From Candidatus Eiseniibacteriota bacterium (GTDB taxonomy: Bacteria; Eisenbacteria; RBG-16-71-46), in contig JBBRLX010000035.1 of assembly GCA_038231135.1 (NCBI GenBank), positions 1 to 45,716 of the forward strand: a stretch of DNA of 45,716 nucleotides. Reading direction: 5' to 3'. A program made the position numbers and the translations under genes. Below the pieces are notes generated by a model, which saw only the letters and a list, made by a program, of their open reading frames with translations, was not told the DNA's origin and did no database searches. Below, piece by piece: positions 28,256 through 40,451 of this stretch (position 1 is its first letter; every line of letters begins with the position of its first letter).

Positions 28256-29739
28256 CCGCGTCCTCCGATCACCGTGAGACCGTGGGGCGCGCGCGGCCCG
28301 TCGACACGCGCGAACAGGTCATAGGCGGAGGCGCCGGTGACGCGCACCTCCACCCGCGTGCCGGGGGTCAGCGATTCGGCGTCCACGACGACGCCACCAT
28401 CCACTTCGAACGCCTGGCCGGCATGGCGCGCGGCCCACTGCCCGCGCCCGGCGGGGCCGTCGATCATCACCGTGATCCGCTCCCCGATTTGCCGCGCCAG
28501 CCGGGCATGCGACAGGCGCTGCTGCAGCGCGAGCAGCCGCGCGCGGCGGCTGCGCCGGGAATTCAGTGCGACGCGCGGCGTCATGTGCCACGACGGGGTC
28601 TCGGGTTCGCGCTCGTACGTGAACACCACGACGTTCTCGAACGCCGCCTCCTCGACGAACCGGCTCAGCGTGTCGAAGTGCTCCTCGGTCTCGCCCGGGA
28701 ACCCCACGATGAAATTGGTCCGGAACGCCACGCCCGGAATGCCGTCGCGAATGCGCCGTACCAGCGCCCGCGTGTCACGTTCCGTCATGGCGCGCGCCAT
28801 GGTGCGCAGCATGTCCTGCGCGATGTGCTGCAGCGGCATGTCGACGTATGGCACCACGCGCTTCGCGTTCGCCCACATGCCGATCAGCCGGTCGCTCCAC
28901 AACCGCGGATACGTGTACTGGACGCGGATCCAGTCGATGCCGTCGACCGTGTCGAGCGCCTCGAGCAGATCGGCGAGCGACGGCGTGCCCGGCAGGTCGG
29001 TGCCGTAGCCCGTCGTGTCCTGGCCGATGAGATTCAGCTCGCGCACGCCGAGCTTCGCCAGCGACCGCGCCTCCTCGACCAGCATGTCCAGCGGCTTGCT
29101 CTGCTGGTCGCCGCGCAGCCGCGGAATGATGCAGAACGTGCAGCGATGATCGCAGCCCTCGGAGATCTTGAGGTAGGCGATGTGGCGCGGCGTCGACAGC
29201 GCGCGGGGCGCGAGCGCGTCGAGCGCTCCGCCCGGGAACTCGGTGTGCGCGCGGCGCACGCCGCCGTCGCCCGCGATCACGTGCCGAGCGGCCTGCACCA
29301 CCTCGCGCCACTGGCCGGTGCCGAGCACGGCGTCGACCTCGGGGAACTCGCCGAACAGCGCATCGCCGGCCCGCTGCGCGAGGCACCCGGTCACGATCAG
29401 CCCCTTGAGCCGGCCCGCCTGCTTGAGCTGGGCGAGCTGCGCGATCGCGTCCTTGGACTCGCGGACCGCGCTCTGGAGAAATGCGCAGGTGTTGATCACC
29501 GCCACGTCGGCGCCGTCGGGGTCGGCGACGGTGCGGAACCCGTCCTGCACCAGCATCCCCAGCATGTGCTCGGAATCGACGGTGTTCTTGGGGCAGCCGA
29601 GCGACACGAACGCCAGCGACGGCGGCCCCGCGGCGGTCCGGCGGTGGCCGGCACGCGGCGCGGGCCGGGGCGAACGGGCGGCGCCGCGCGCGGCACGGGT
29701 GGCGGCGCGTCCGGAATCACGGTTCCCGCGGGAGCTCAC
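28252..29739 (-). CDS. rimO: Ribosomal protein S12 methylthiotransferase RimO
   Basis: SLGCPKNTVDSE, INTCAF, AYLKISEGCDHRCTFCIIP, IVGFPGETEE, C-terminal TRAM (FEVDG). GTG start overlaps the ftsK stop; start uncertain. Confidence 0.93.
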   Translation of the reverse strand: MSSRGNRDSGRAATRAARGAARSPRPAPRAGHRRTAAGPPSLAFVSLGCPKNTVDSEHMLGMLVQDGFRTVADPDGADVAVINTCAFLQSAVRESKDAIAQLAQLKQAGRLKGLIVTGCLAQRAGDALFGEFPEVDAVLGTGQWREVVQAARHVIAGDGGVRRAHTEFPGGALDALAPRALSTPRHIAYLKISEGCDHRCTFCIIPRLRGDQQSKPLDMLVEEARSLAKLGVRELNLIGQDTTGYGTDLPGTPSLADLLEALDTVDGIDWIRVQYTYPRLWSDRLIGMWANAKRVVPYVDMPLQHIAQDMLRTMARAMTERDTRALVRRIRDGIPGVAFRTNFIVGFPGETEEHFDTLSRFVEEAAFENVVVFTYEREPETPSWHMTPRVALNSRRSRRARLLALQQRLSHARLARQIGERITVMIDGPAGRGQWAARHAGQAFEVDGGVVVDAESLTPGTRVEVRVTGASAYDLFARVDGPRAPHGLTVIGGRG

Positions 29740-32096
29740 GATGAGAACCGATCCTCGAGCCAGCGCTCGTCCACGAGCACGTCGCGGGCCTTCGGGCCCT
29801 GGAACGGGCCGACGACGCCGATGTGCTCGAGTTGATCCATGAGCCGGCCGGCGCGCGAGTACCCGACCTTGAGCCGGCGCTGGAGCAGCGACGTCGAGCC
29901 CTGCTGGTGCGTCACGACCAGCCGCGCAGCGTCCTGCAGCAGCGTGTCGTCGACGGGCACGTCGTCGTCGTCCTCCTCGGCCTCCGACATGTCGGGGCGG
30001 GTGGCGAGCGGCGGCAGCGTGGCGACCTGGCCGACGCCGAGCAGCACGGGCTTCACCTTCGCCTTCCAGAATTCCACGATCCGCGCCGTCTCCTCCTCGG
30101 ACACGTAGCAGCCGTGGATGCGATACGGCTCGGGCTTGCCCGCCGGCGTGAACAGCATGTCGCCGTTGCCGAGCAGGTTCTCCGCGCCGTTCATGTCGAG
30201 CACGGTGCGCGAATCGGTCTTGCTCGCGACCTGGAACGCGATGCGCGACGGGAAATTCGCCTTGATCACGCCGGTGATGACGTCGACCGACGGCCGCTGC
30301 GTCGCGAGCACCAGGTGGATGCCCACGGCGCGCGCCATCTGCGCCAGCCGCGCGATCGGCTCCTCGATCTCGGCGGGGGCGGTGAGCATGAGATCCGCCA
30401 GCTCGTCGATCACGATCACGACGTAGGACAGCCGGTCGGGCGCCGGGCCGTCGCTGCCGTCGGACAGCGGCGGCCCCGCCGGCACCAGGCCCGCGGTGAT
30501 CTTGTCGTTGTAGGCGGCGATGTTCCGGGCTCCGCAGGTGGCCATCAACCGGTAGCGCTTCTCCATTTCGGACACGGCCCACCGCAGCGCGCGGCTCGCC
30601 TTCTTGGGCTCGGTCACGACGGGCATGACGAGATGCGGGATCCCGTTGTACGCCGACAGCTCGAGCATCTTGGGATCCACCATCAGCATGCGCAGCGTAT
30701 CCGGGCCGTGCTGGAACAGCAGTCCGGTGATCATGGCGTTCAGGCACACGCTCTTGCCCGAGCCCGTCGCCCCCGCCACGAGCACGTGGGGCATCTTCGT
30801 CAGGTCCGCGACAAACGGCTTCCCGACGACGTCGACGCCCATCGGAATCTTGAGCGCGGCGTCGCTGTTCTGATAGACCGGGGCGCACAGCACCTCCCGG
30901 AGATACACCGTACGGCGGTTGCGGTTCGGAATCTCGACGCCGACGGCGCCCTTGCCGGGAATCGGGGCGAGGATCCGGATGCGCTGGGCGCGCAGCGCCA
31001 GCGCCAGGTCGTCCTCGCGCGACACGATCTGGTTCACCTTGACGCCGGCCGCGGGCTCGAATTCGAACGTGGTCACCACCGGCCCGGGGTGGATCTCGGT
31101 GATGCGGCCGTCGATGTCGAAGTCGCGCAGCTTCGCCAGCAGCAGGTTGGCCTCGCTCGTCATGTCGGCCGCGGTGATCGGTTCCTCGGTCGTCGTGCCG
31201 ATGCCAAGCAGGTCGAGTGGCGGCAGTTCGTGCTCCGCGGCGGCCGCGACCGCGGCGCTGGTGCCCTGGGCCAGCTCCTGCGCCGCCGACGTCAGCGCCG
31301 CGGCGCGCTTCGGGCGCGCCTCGACGGCCTTGAGCCCGGGCAGCGGCATGCGAAGCTGATTGTGGGCATCGAGCTCGAGCGCGGCCGCCCCGACCCCACC
31401 GTTGGACGCCGTGTTCGCAAGCGTCACGACGGGTCCGGCCGCGGCGGGGACGCGCGTCGGGACCGGCTTTGGCTCGGGCCTGGGGCGCGACGCCCGGGCG
31501 GCGCGCGGCTTCGCGGCCACCGCCTTGGCGCGATTCGCCTGCCACGCGGCGACCATCGCCGCCAGCCGGCGCAGCGGCGCCAGCACCACGGCGCGGCCGA
31601 AGTGTCCGATCCAGTGGAACCCGAGCTCACTCGCCGCGAGCACGGTGACGCCCGACAGCGCGCCCGCCACGACCCACGAGCCGAGATTGCCGAGCGCGGC
31701 ATGCAGGGTCATCGCGGTCGCCAGTCCCCAGCCTCCGCTCCACGTCCAGCGGTCGAGCCCCGCGAGTCCCAGCATCGTGCACAACTCGAACGCCAGCAGC
31801 GTGCCGATGAGCGAGCGGGTGATGAGCGGGTTGGCGTCGCGGTTCCGCAGCCGGTTCCAGCCCCACGACAGCGCCAGCAGCGGCAGCCCGAAGCTTCCGA
31901 ACCGGCCGAACGCCCACACCATTCCGTAGGACAGCGCGGCGCCGACCGGGCCGCAGGCGTTGTCCGTCGACCACGGGGGCATGCCCGCCACCGGGCGCAC
32001 GAACGTCGCCAGGCTCGCGAGCGACAGCAAAGCGAACGCCGCGAGCAGGAGGGCGAGGATTTGACGCTGACGATGATGGGAAATGGACGCTGCCAC
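29736..32096 (-). CDS. ftsK: DNA translocase FtsK/SpoIIIE
   Basis: N-terminal TM domain, GPVVT.FE, PHVLVAGATGSGKSV, VIDELADLM, ATQRPSVDVITG, gamma domain SLLQRRLKVGYSRAGR. Confidence 0.96.
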   Translation of the reverse strand: MAASISHHRQRQILALLLAAFALLSLASLATFVRPVAGMPPWSTDNACGPVGAALSYGMVWAFGRFGSFGLPLLALSWGWNRLRNRDANPLITRSLIGTLLAFELCTMLGLAGLDRWTWSGGWGLATAMTLHAALGNLGSWVVAGALSGVTVLAASELGFHWIGHFGRAVVLAPLRRLAAMVAAWQANRAKAVAAKPRAARASRPRPEPKPVPTRVPAAAGPVVTLANTASNGGVGAAALELDAHNQLRMPLPGLKAVEARPKRAAALTSAAQELAQGTSAAVAAAAEHELPPLDLLGIGTTTEEPITAADMTSEANLLLAKLRDFDIDGRITEIHPGPVVTTFEFEPAAGVKVNQIVSREDDLALALRAQRIRILAPIPGKGAVGVEIPNRNRRTVYLREVLCAPVYQNSDAALKIPMGVDVVGKPFVADLTKMPHVLVAGATGSGKSVCLNAMITGLLFQHGPDTLRMLMVDPKMLELSAYNGIPHLVMPVVTEPKKASRALRWAVSEMEKRYRLMATCGARNIAAYNDKITAGLVPAGPPLSDGSDGPAPDRLSYVVIVIDELADLMLTAPAEIEEPIARLAQMARAVGIHLVLATQRPSVDVITGVIKANFPSRIAFQVASKTDSRTVLDMNGAENLLGNGDMLFTPAGKPEPYRIHGCYVSEEETARIVEFWKAKVKPVLLGVGQVATLPPLATRPDMSEAEEDDDDVPVDDTLLQDAARLVVTHQQGSTSLLQRRLKVGYSRAGRLMDQLEHIGVVGPFQGPKARDVLVDERWLEDRFSS

Positions 32097-32230
32097 TCGA
32101 GTGCTGGGACACCCTTCCTGGTGTGGGTACCGCGGCCCTCCGCGCGCGTCCGCGAGGCGATCGCTCGCCACGGCGGGTCCGGCGCGGAATCGCGCGCCCC
32201 GTCCGCCTCCCTGGCGGGCGTTGGCGGGCT

Positions 32231-32259
32231 ATTGTGCCCTAGCCCCGGGGCGGGAGCAA
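32231..32259 (-). promoter_or_regulatory. Candidate sigma70 promoter for the ftsK operon
   Basis: TTGCTC-17 bp-CACAAT. Confidence 0.45.
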
Positions 32260-32285
32260 TGGGGATGGGTGGGGGGCCCAACTCT

Positions 32286-32915
32286 TCACTTCATCCACAC
32301 TTCCACGGCCACGGGGGTGCGCCCGGCGGCCGCAAGGTAGCGGACGTGCAGCAGGCGCTTGACCGGATCGACGTTCATGATCTCGCACGACCGGCCGGCG
32401 CCCTGGTCGGCCGGCGAGGTTGCGTCGTTGGGCCACACCCGCTGCGCCTTCCGGGCCGGCAGATCGAGGCGGAACACCGCACCCGTGCCGTGGTCGCCGG
32501 TCGAGACGAACAGCACGTCGGCGCCCGGCGCCCACACCAGCGCGTTCGCGTCGCCCGACCAGGCCGGGTCCTGCCAGAACCGGTCGTCGAGCGACCACGC
32601 CCCGTCCCGGGTCCCGCGCATGAGACCGCGGTAGACGACCCCGACGTGATCGTCATGGGCGTCGTCGTGGAACACCAGCGCCGCGAACCGGCCGCCGGGC
32701 TGGGCCACGAGCGAGTCGGCGAGGTCGCGGGTGCGCAGCAGCGTCCCGCGCGCGGCGGCCGGTACGCCGGTTGCGGGTAGGGCCGCCGCGGGGTTCGGCG
32801 ACCGCTCGGTCGCGACGCCGATGACCGGCGCCGCGGCGCGGGGACTCGCCGCGACGCCGGAAGTCAGCGCGACGGCGGCGCCGAACAGCGCGGCGCAGGC
32901 GGCAGCGCGACCCAT
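32286..32915 (-). CDS. Hypothetical secreted protein
   Basis: Signal-peptide-like start MGRAAACAALFGAAVAL and a beta-rich body (LVWAPGADVLFVST, VFRLDL). Start uncertain. Confidence 0.6.
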   Translation of the reverse strand: MGRAAACAALFGAAVALTSGVAASPRAAAPVIGVATERSPNPAAALPATGVPAAARGTLLRTRDLADSLVAQPGGRFAALVFHDDAHDDHVGVVYRGLMRGTRDGAWSLDDRFWQDPAWSGDANALVWAPGADVLFVSTGDHGTGAVFRLDLPARKAQRVWPNDATSPADQGAGRSCEIMNVDPVKRLLHVRYLAAAGRTPVAVEVWMK

Positions 32916-32929
32916 TGCGCCTGCGGCGC

Positions 32930-33697
32930 TTATCTGGGCCCCGCGTTCACGAAGCGTTTCCATGTTCCCTCGCTCATGTGGCCGGCGCGGCGGAGCGTGA
33001 GCTTGAAGCTCGTCCACTCGGGGGCGTCCGGCAATCCGCAGTCGATCTCCTGAATGTACCCATCCTTCACGCGCGTCCATAACGAGCCTCCGCGATGGTC
33101 GAGTCCCTCGCCGTCGACATCGTAGAGCCGGCACCGCTCGCGATCGCGGATCTCGTCGCGGCGGTAGGTCAGCTTCGCGAGCCCGCGATAGCGATAGCGC
33201 GCCGAATCCGCCGCGACGCTCGGCCGTACGATCGCGATCGACAGCGATTCGGCCGGCGTCGTCCAGTGGGGCAGCGTGATGTTCAGCGTCGCGAGATCGA
33301 GATCGTAGAGATGCCACGGCCGCCACACGACGTCGACGCGCCGCGCGGCCTCCGTGGTGTCCGACACCACGTCGAACGACCGGTCATCCGAGCCGCCGGA
33401 CACCACCCGGACGAGGACCGGCGCGCCGTGGCGCGTGACGTCCCACCATTCGATCCGGCGGATCGCGCAGGTGGTCCATTCCATCCACACGATCACGTGC
33501 CGGGCCCGGCTGCCGCCTTCGGTCACGGACAACGTCTCGAACCGGTCGTGCGCCGCGATGTACAGCGTCACCGGGGCCGCATGGCTGCCATCGAGGTTCG
33601 ACTTCACGTAGCGGAACACGCTGCCGACGGGGCTACGGTCCGGCTGATACAGGAACCGGATCGCGTCGTCGGCGCGACCCGCCGACGCCAGCAGCAT
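32930..33697 (-). CDS. Hypothetical secreted protein (true start possibly CTG at 33736)
   Basis: Natural-looking globular sequence (YVKSNLDGS, PWHLYDLDLA, PEWTSFKL) filling the gap after the acyl-CoA dehydrogenase. Confidence 0.7.
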   Translation of the reverse strand: MLLASAGRADDAIRFLYQPDRSPVGSVFRYVKSNLDGSHAAPVTLYIAAHDRFETLSVTEGGSRARHVIVWMEWTTCAIRRIEWWDVTRHGAPVLVRVVSGGSDDRSFDVVSDTTEAARRVDVVWRPWHLYDLDLATLNITLPHWTTPAESLSIAIVRPSVAADSARYRYRGLAKLTYRRDEIRDRERCRLYDVDGEGLDHRGGSLWTRVKDGYIQEIDCGLPDAPEWTSFKLTLRRAGHMSEGTWKRFVNAGPR

Positions 33698-33732
33698 CAG
33701 CGATGCCGCGAGCAGGCCGCCCCACCGGCGTG

Positions 33733-35637
33733 TCAGCTCGCGGCCTTCGCCTCGCGGCTCTCGGCCGGAGCCTCGGGAGCGTCGACGATGCCATCCTCCA
33801 GCCAGTCGTAGCGCCGGTCGAGCACCCCGCGCGCCACCTGGTAGGCCGCGGGATCGTCGTGGGAACGGATGCGCCGGAACAGCGTGTCCACGCGGCGGCG
33901 GGCGTCGCGGCAGAACAGGTCGGCGAGCTCGACGGCGTTGGCGCTGTCACCGGCCCGGGCGTCGCGCTGGGCGCGCGCGCAGGTCGCGGCCATCGCGAAC
34001 AGCTCGGCGCCGATGTCGACGCAGCGGAACAGCAGCGCCTGCTTCTTCTCGAGCGCGGGCCCGTTCAGCACCATGAGGTGGAACTGCGCGCGCGCCAGCC
34101 GCCGCGACGTGTGGTCGATCCAGCGCAGGTGCCGCGCGAGCCGTCCGAATTCCGAGTAGCGCGGCCACAGGCTCCAGCCGAACCAGCGGGTCGGATACCA
34201 GCGGGCGTAGAACAGCACGGAGCGGACCGCGCCCGACAGCCGCTTGCCGAGCGGAACTCCGGGCATCACGACGTCGCCCGCGACCCGCAGGTGCACGTCG
34301 AGCGCCTCGCGCGCGATGAACAGCCGCATCACCTGGTTCGTGCCCTCGAAGATGCGGTTGATGCGCAGGTCGCGCATGAGCTGCTCGAGCGCCACCGGCG
34401 CCTCGCCGCGCGACGCCAGCGACCGCGCGGTCTCGTAGCCGCGGCCGCCGCGCACCTGCAGCGCCTCGTCCACGATCTCCCACGCCACGTCCGAGTTCCA
34501 CAGTTTGGCGATCGCGGCCTCGAGCCGGATGTCCGACTTGCCGGCGTCCGACAGCAAAGCACCCAGGTCCGCCACCGCCTCCATGGCGTAGGTCTTGGCG
34601 GCCATGTTCGCGAGCATCTGCGCCACGGCTTCGTGCTGGCCGACGGGTCTACCCCACTGCACGCGCTCCGCCGCAAACCGACGCGCCACCTGCAGGCACC
34701 ACTTGCCCGACGCCGCGCACGTCGCGGGCAGCGTGAGCCGGCCGGTGTTGAGCGTGACGAGCGCGAGCTTGAGTCCCTTGCCCTCGCCCCACAGCAGATT
34801 CTCCTTCGGCACGCGCACGTTCGTGAACCGCATGAGCGCGTTCTCGATGCCGCGGATGCCCATGAACTCGAGCCGCTGCAGCACCTCGACGCCGGGCGAC
34901 TTGGCCTCGACGATGAACGCGCTGATCGGGCCCGGCTTGCCGCCGCGGCCCGGAGTGCGGGCCATCACCACCAGCAGCTCGGCGATCGCGCCGTTCGTGC
35001 ACCACAGCTTCTCGCCGTTGATCAGGTAGGCGCTGCCGTCGGGCGTCGGCGTCGCGAGCGTGCTCATGCGCGCGGGATCGGAACCGACGTCGTTCTCGGT
35101 GAGCGCGAACGCCGAGATCGCGCCTTTGGCGAGCCGGGGCAGCAGGCGATGCTTCTGCTCCTCGGTGCCGAACAGCTTGAGCGGTTGCGGCACGCCGATC
35201 GACTGATGCGCCGACAGCAGCGCCACCAGCGCGCCCGACTTGGTGCCGATCTTCGCCACGGCGCGGCCGTAGCTGTACTGCGACAGGCCGAGGCCGCCGT
35301 ACTCGCGGGGGATCTTGATGCCGAACGCGCCGAGCTCGCGCAGCCGCTGGATCAGCCGCTCCGGGATCCGCGCGTCGTGCTCGATCTCCTCGGGATCCAC
35401 CTCGTCGAGGAACCGGTCGACGGCGTCGAGGAACACCTGCGCGCGCTTCTGCTCCTCGGGATCGGGCTCGGGATACGGGTGGATGAGCTCGAGTTCGAGC
35501 TTGCCGAGGAACAACTCGCGCACGAACGACGGCGCCGTCCACGTGGTCTCGCGGGACGCCTCGGCGACGGCACGGGCCTCGTGCTCGGAAACCTGGGAGA
35601 TATTGCGGTCGGGCATTTCGGTCATTCGCTGGGTCAT
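33733..35637 (-). CDS. Acyl-CoA dehydrogenase (ACAD9/VLCAD/FadE10-like)
   Basis: FGIKIP.EYGG, SAHQSIG, AFALTE…GSD, NGEKLWCTNG, LNTGRL, RVQWG, QVRGGRGY, RIFEG. Confidence 0.94.
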   Translation of the reverse strand: MTQRMTEMPDRNISQVSEHEARAVAEASRETTWTAPSFVRELFLGKLELELIHPYPEPDPEEQKRAQVFLDAVDRFLDEVDPEEIEHDARIPERLIQRLRELGAFGIKIPREYGGLGLSQYSYGRAVAKIGTKSGALVALLSAHQSIGVPQPLKLFGTEEQKHRLLPRLAKGAISAFALTENDVGSDPARMSTLATPTPDGSAYLINGEKLWCTNGAIAELLVVMARTPGRGGKPGPISAFIVEAKSPGVEVLQRLEFMGIRGIENALMRFTNVRVPKENLLWGEGKGLKLALVTLNTGRLTLPATCAASGKWCLQVARRFAAERVQWGRPVGQHEAVAQMLANMAAKTYAMEAVADLGALLSDAGKSDIRLEAAIAKLWNSDVAWEIVDEALQVRGGRGYETARSLASRGEAPVALEQLMRDLRINRIFEGTNQVMRLFIAREALDVHLRVAGDVVMPGVPLGKRLSGAVRSVLFYARWYPTRWFGWSLWPRYSEFGRLARHLRWIDHTSRRLARAQFHLMVLNGPALEKKQALLFRCVDIGAELFAMAATCARAQRDARAGDSANAVELADLFCRDARRRVDTLFRRIRSHDDPAAYQVARGVLDRRYDWLEDGIVDAPEAPAESREAKAAS

Positions 35638-35931
35638 GAGTAGGTTGTCGGGCGAAACCGGGCCGATCTGAAGTCCTGGCCGGCCATTGGCGGGTCGCCG
35701 GATTCACGACGTGTCCGGGGTGCGCGGACGTGCTCCGGGACCGGGCACCCAACGGCGCCAGCGTATCGCGGCGCCGCCCCCCGCGCCAGCGACGCTCAGG
35801 CAGATCGCACGGTGATGGCTCGGCGCTACGTCACGCCGCCCGGACATGGGGGGCTTCCCAAGCGCGTCGAGGCCCGTCGAGAGCCGTACACGGCCCGCCC
35901 CCAGAGCCGCAAATCGGGTCCCATAATCGAC

Positions 35932-35960
35932 TTGTTCCGATCCCGGCGCTCGGCTATGGT
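35932..35960 (+). promoter_or_regulatory. Candidate sigma70 promoter for hppA
   Basis: TTGTTC-17 bp-TATGGT about 150 bp upstream of the ATG. Confidence 0.45.
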
Positions 35961-36110
35961 CCGTCGTCCTCCGCCGGGCGCCACCGTGGCGGACCACAAC
36001 CCCCAGCCGTCCGGGCCTTCGTCCTGCAAGGTCGTCCTCGCGCCCAACGGCTTGATACACCGGCATTTGCATGAGGCCGGTCGTTGAACAACCTCTCAAG
36101 GAGTGACCGA

Positions 36111-38516
<2,406 letters not shown>

Positions 38517-38544
38517 GCTCAACGCCTGCGGCAGCACGTCGACA

Positions 38545-38581
38545 TTCGGGCCCCTGCCTCTTGCCGGGGGCCCGAACTGTT
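38545..38581 (+). terminator. Hairpin terminator after hppA, between convergent genes
   Basis: ttcgggcccc (38545-54) / ggggcccgaa (38567-76), perfect 10-bp stem. Confidence 0.65.
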
Positions 38582-38669
38582 GCCTGGCACGGGCCGTGGA
38601 AGTCGCGGCCTGCGCGCGGCTTGAAAGCGCAGGCTCGCCTCGATCCGAACCCGTCGTGCGACTCCTGCG

Positions 38670-40391
38670 TCAGCGCGGCGAGAGATCCAGCCTCACCACC
38701 CGGAACCCGTCGTCCGTCAGCCACAGTTGGGTGCGGAACACGTGCCATTCGGGATGGCTCAGCGCCACGTTGGGGTTCGCGACGAGCGGCGCCCACTCCG
38801 TCCAGGCGCGCGCGGGGTCGCGGAACGCCAGCACCACGCAGCGAAACGCCACCCGTGAACGGCACGCGTCCACGTCGGCGGGACCCAGCGCCAGATGCAA
38901 TACGGGCCGGCCGGCGTACCACGCGAGCGTGGGCCCGAGATTGCTCATCACCACCTCGCCCGGCCGCAGCGTGTGGTCGAGATCCTCGACGATCGTGTGG
39001 AGCGTGGCCACGGTGGGCAGCCCGCGCTCCTGCCCGGTGCCGCGCGCCTCGTCGAGGCCGCGCAGCGTCTGGATGCCGCCCCACAGCACCATGACGGCGG
39101 CGAGCGCCGCGGGCACGGCGTACCGCAGGCGCGGCGTACGCGCCGCGAACGGCGCGAGCCATAGCCACACGGCCGCGAGGCCGGCGGCTTCGATCGGCAC
39201 CCGCGCCGGGAACAGGTAGCGGCGCCAGCCTGCTCCGACCGCCGCCACCGCGAGCGCGAGTGCCGCGTACAGCAGCAGCACCACGATCGTGATGCGCGCG
39301 GCCCGCGCCGCCGCCGCCCGCGCGGGATCGGCGTCGCCGGCCGGGCGCCGGAACCCGGCGAGCGCGAGCGCCAGCGCCAGCGATCCGATCCCCGCCATCC
39401 CGGTCGCGAGCACCGGCGACAGCGCGGCCAGGTTGCGCATCACCTTGGGCACGATCGCCGCCGCCGCGGCCGGCCCGGTTGCGAGATCCGGGAACTCCGC
39501 CCGATGGGTGAGCGAGAACCACGTCCAGTTCCCCGCGCCGTCCCAGATCGCGAGCGCCGACAGATCCCACATCGGCGTGCCGAACGCGCGCCACTTGTAG
39601 ATCCACCACGGCGCGAGCGGCACGAGCGCGCCCACCAGCACGAGCGCCGCGATGCGCACCCGGCGTGATCTCGGCGCGTCCGGCGCCGCCAGCGCCGCCG
39701 CCACCGCGAGCAGCGGCGCCAGCGCTGCGAGCTGGCCGCGGATCGCGCACGCGGCGCCGAGCAGCAGCCCCCATGCGAGCGGGCGGCGCGACGCCCAGCC
39801 GTTCGCGAGCAGCACCAGCGCCGCCACGAACGCCAGCGTGAACGGCAGTTCGGTGAAGCCGCCGAGCGCCAGGTGCTGGGCTTCGGGATCGAGCAGGAAC
39901 GCCACACCCGCGGCCAGCGCGACGAGCGTGTGCCCCGGCCGGCCGGGATCGAATGCCTCGAGCCGCGAGCGCAGCGCCCGCGCGAGCAGCAGGCCGAGTG
40001 CCAGGTAGCAGCCGAACGAGATCACGAGCGGCAGCCATTCGCGGCGCTCGGGCGCCGACAGGTCCATGCCGGGCAGCTTCGCGGGGACGATGCGGTCGAG
40101 CGCCGCCTCGAGCACCACGAGGCCCGGCTGCACCACCGACAGCGGCCATGGCGGCGTGGTGTTCAGCGCGAGGTCGATGGGCAGCGCGAACGGTGTGGCG
40201 AGCGAGCCGGTGGTGGCGAGCGTGCGGGCGGCGAGCGCGTACTGCGCGGCGTCGAAGCTCAGCACCGGCGTGCGGTCGCCGAGTCCCCACGCACGCGCGT
40301 GGAGCGTGCCGAGCCCGATCCCGAGCGCGACGAGCCCCAGCGCGCCGAGCGCGCCCAGACTGCTGCCGGAAGACGTCCGTGTCCGCCACAT
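38670..40391 (-). CDS. Polytopic membrane protein, putative GT-C (ArnT/PMT-like) glycosyltransferase
   Basis: D-AAQY after TM1 (FDAAQYALAARTL), FTELPF, PWW, RRYLFP, many TM segments, C-terminal soluble domain (VVMSN…LAWYAGR). Confidence 0.7.
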   Translation of the reverse strand: MWRTRTSSGSSLGALGALGLVALGIGLGTLHARAWGLGDRTPVLSFDAAQYALAARTLATTGSLATPFALPIDLALNTTPPWPLSVVQPGLVVLEAALDRIVPAKLPGMDLSAPERREWLPLVISFGCYLALGLLLARALRSRLEAFDPGRPGHTLVALAAGVAFLLDPEAQHLALGGFTELPFTLAFVAALVLLANGWASRRPLAWGLLLGAACAIRGQLAALAPLLAVAAALAAPDAPRSRRVRIAALVLVGALVPLAPWWIYKWRAFGTPMWDLSALAIWDGAGNWTWFSLTHRAEFPDLATGPAAAAAIVPKVMRNLAALSPVLATGMAGIGSLALALALAGFRRPAGDADPARAAAARAARITIVVLLLYAALALAVAAVGAGWRRYLFPARVPIEAAGLAAVWLWLAPFAARTPRLRYAVPAALAAVMVLWGGIQTLRGLDEARGTGQERGLPTVATLHTIVEDLDHTLRPGEVVMSNLGPTLAWYAGRPVLHLALGPADVDACRSRVAFRCVVLAFRDPARAWTEWAPLVANPNVALSHPEWHVFRTQLWLTDDGFRVVRLDLSPR

Positions 40392-40451
40392 GCGTCGGCG
40401 ACACTACGGGAGCCGGGGCCCTGGGCCCAAGTGCTTTCGACCGTCCGGCGT

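Noticed and set aside
35810..35845. Fluoride riboswitch-like GGTGATGG upstream of hppA
   Set aside because: Lacks the complementary YTCRCC stem and the downstream CTRATGAC pseudoknot segment, and lies upstream of the predicted promoter.
35704..36099. Small ORFs in the ACAD-hppA divergent intergenic region
   Set aside because: Arg/Pro/Gly-rich GC-noise translations with no clear RBS. The region is better explained as promoters and leader.
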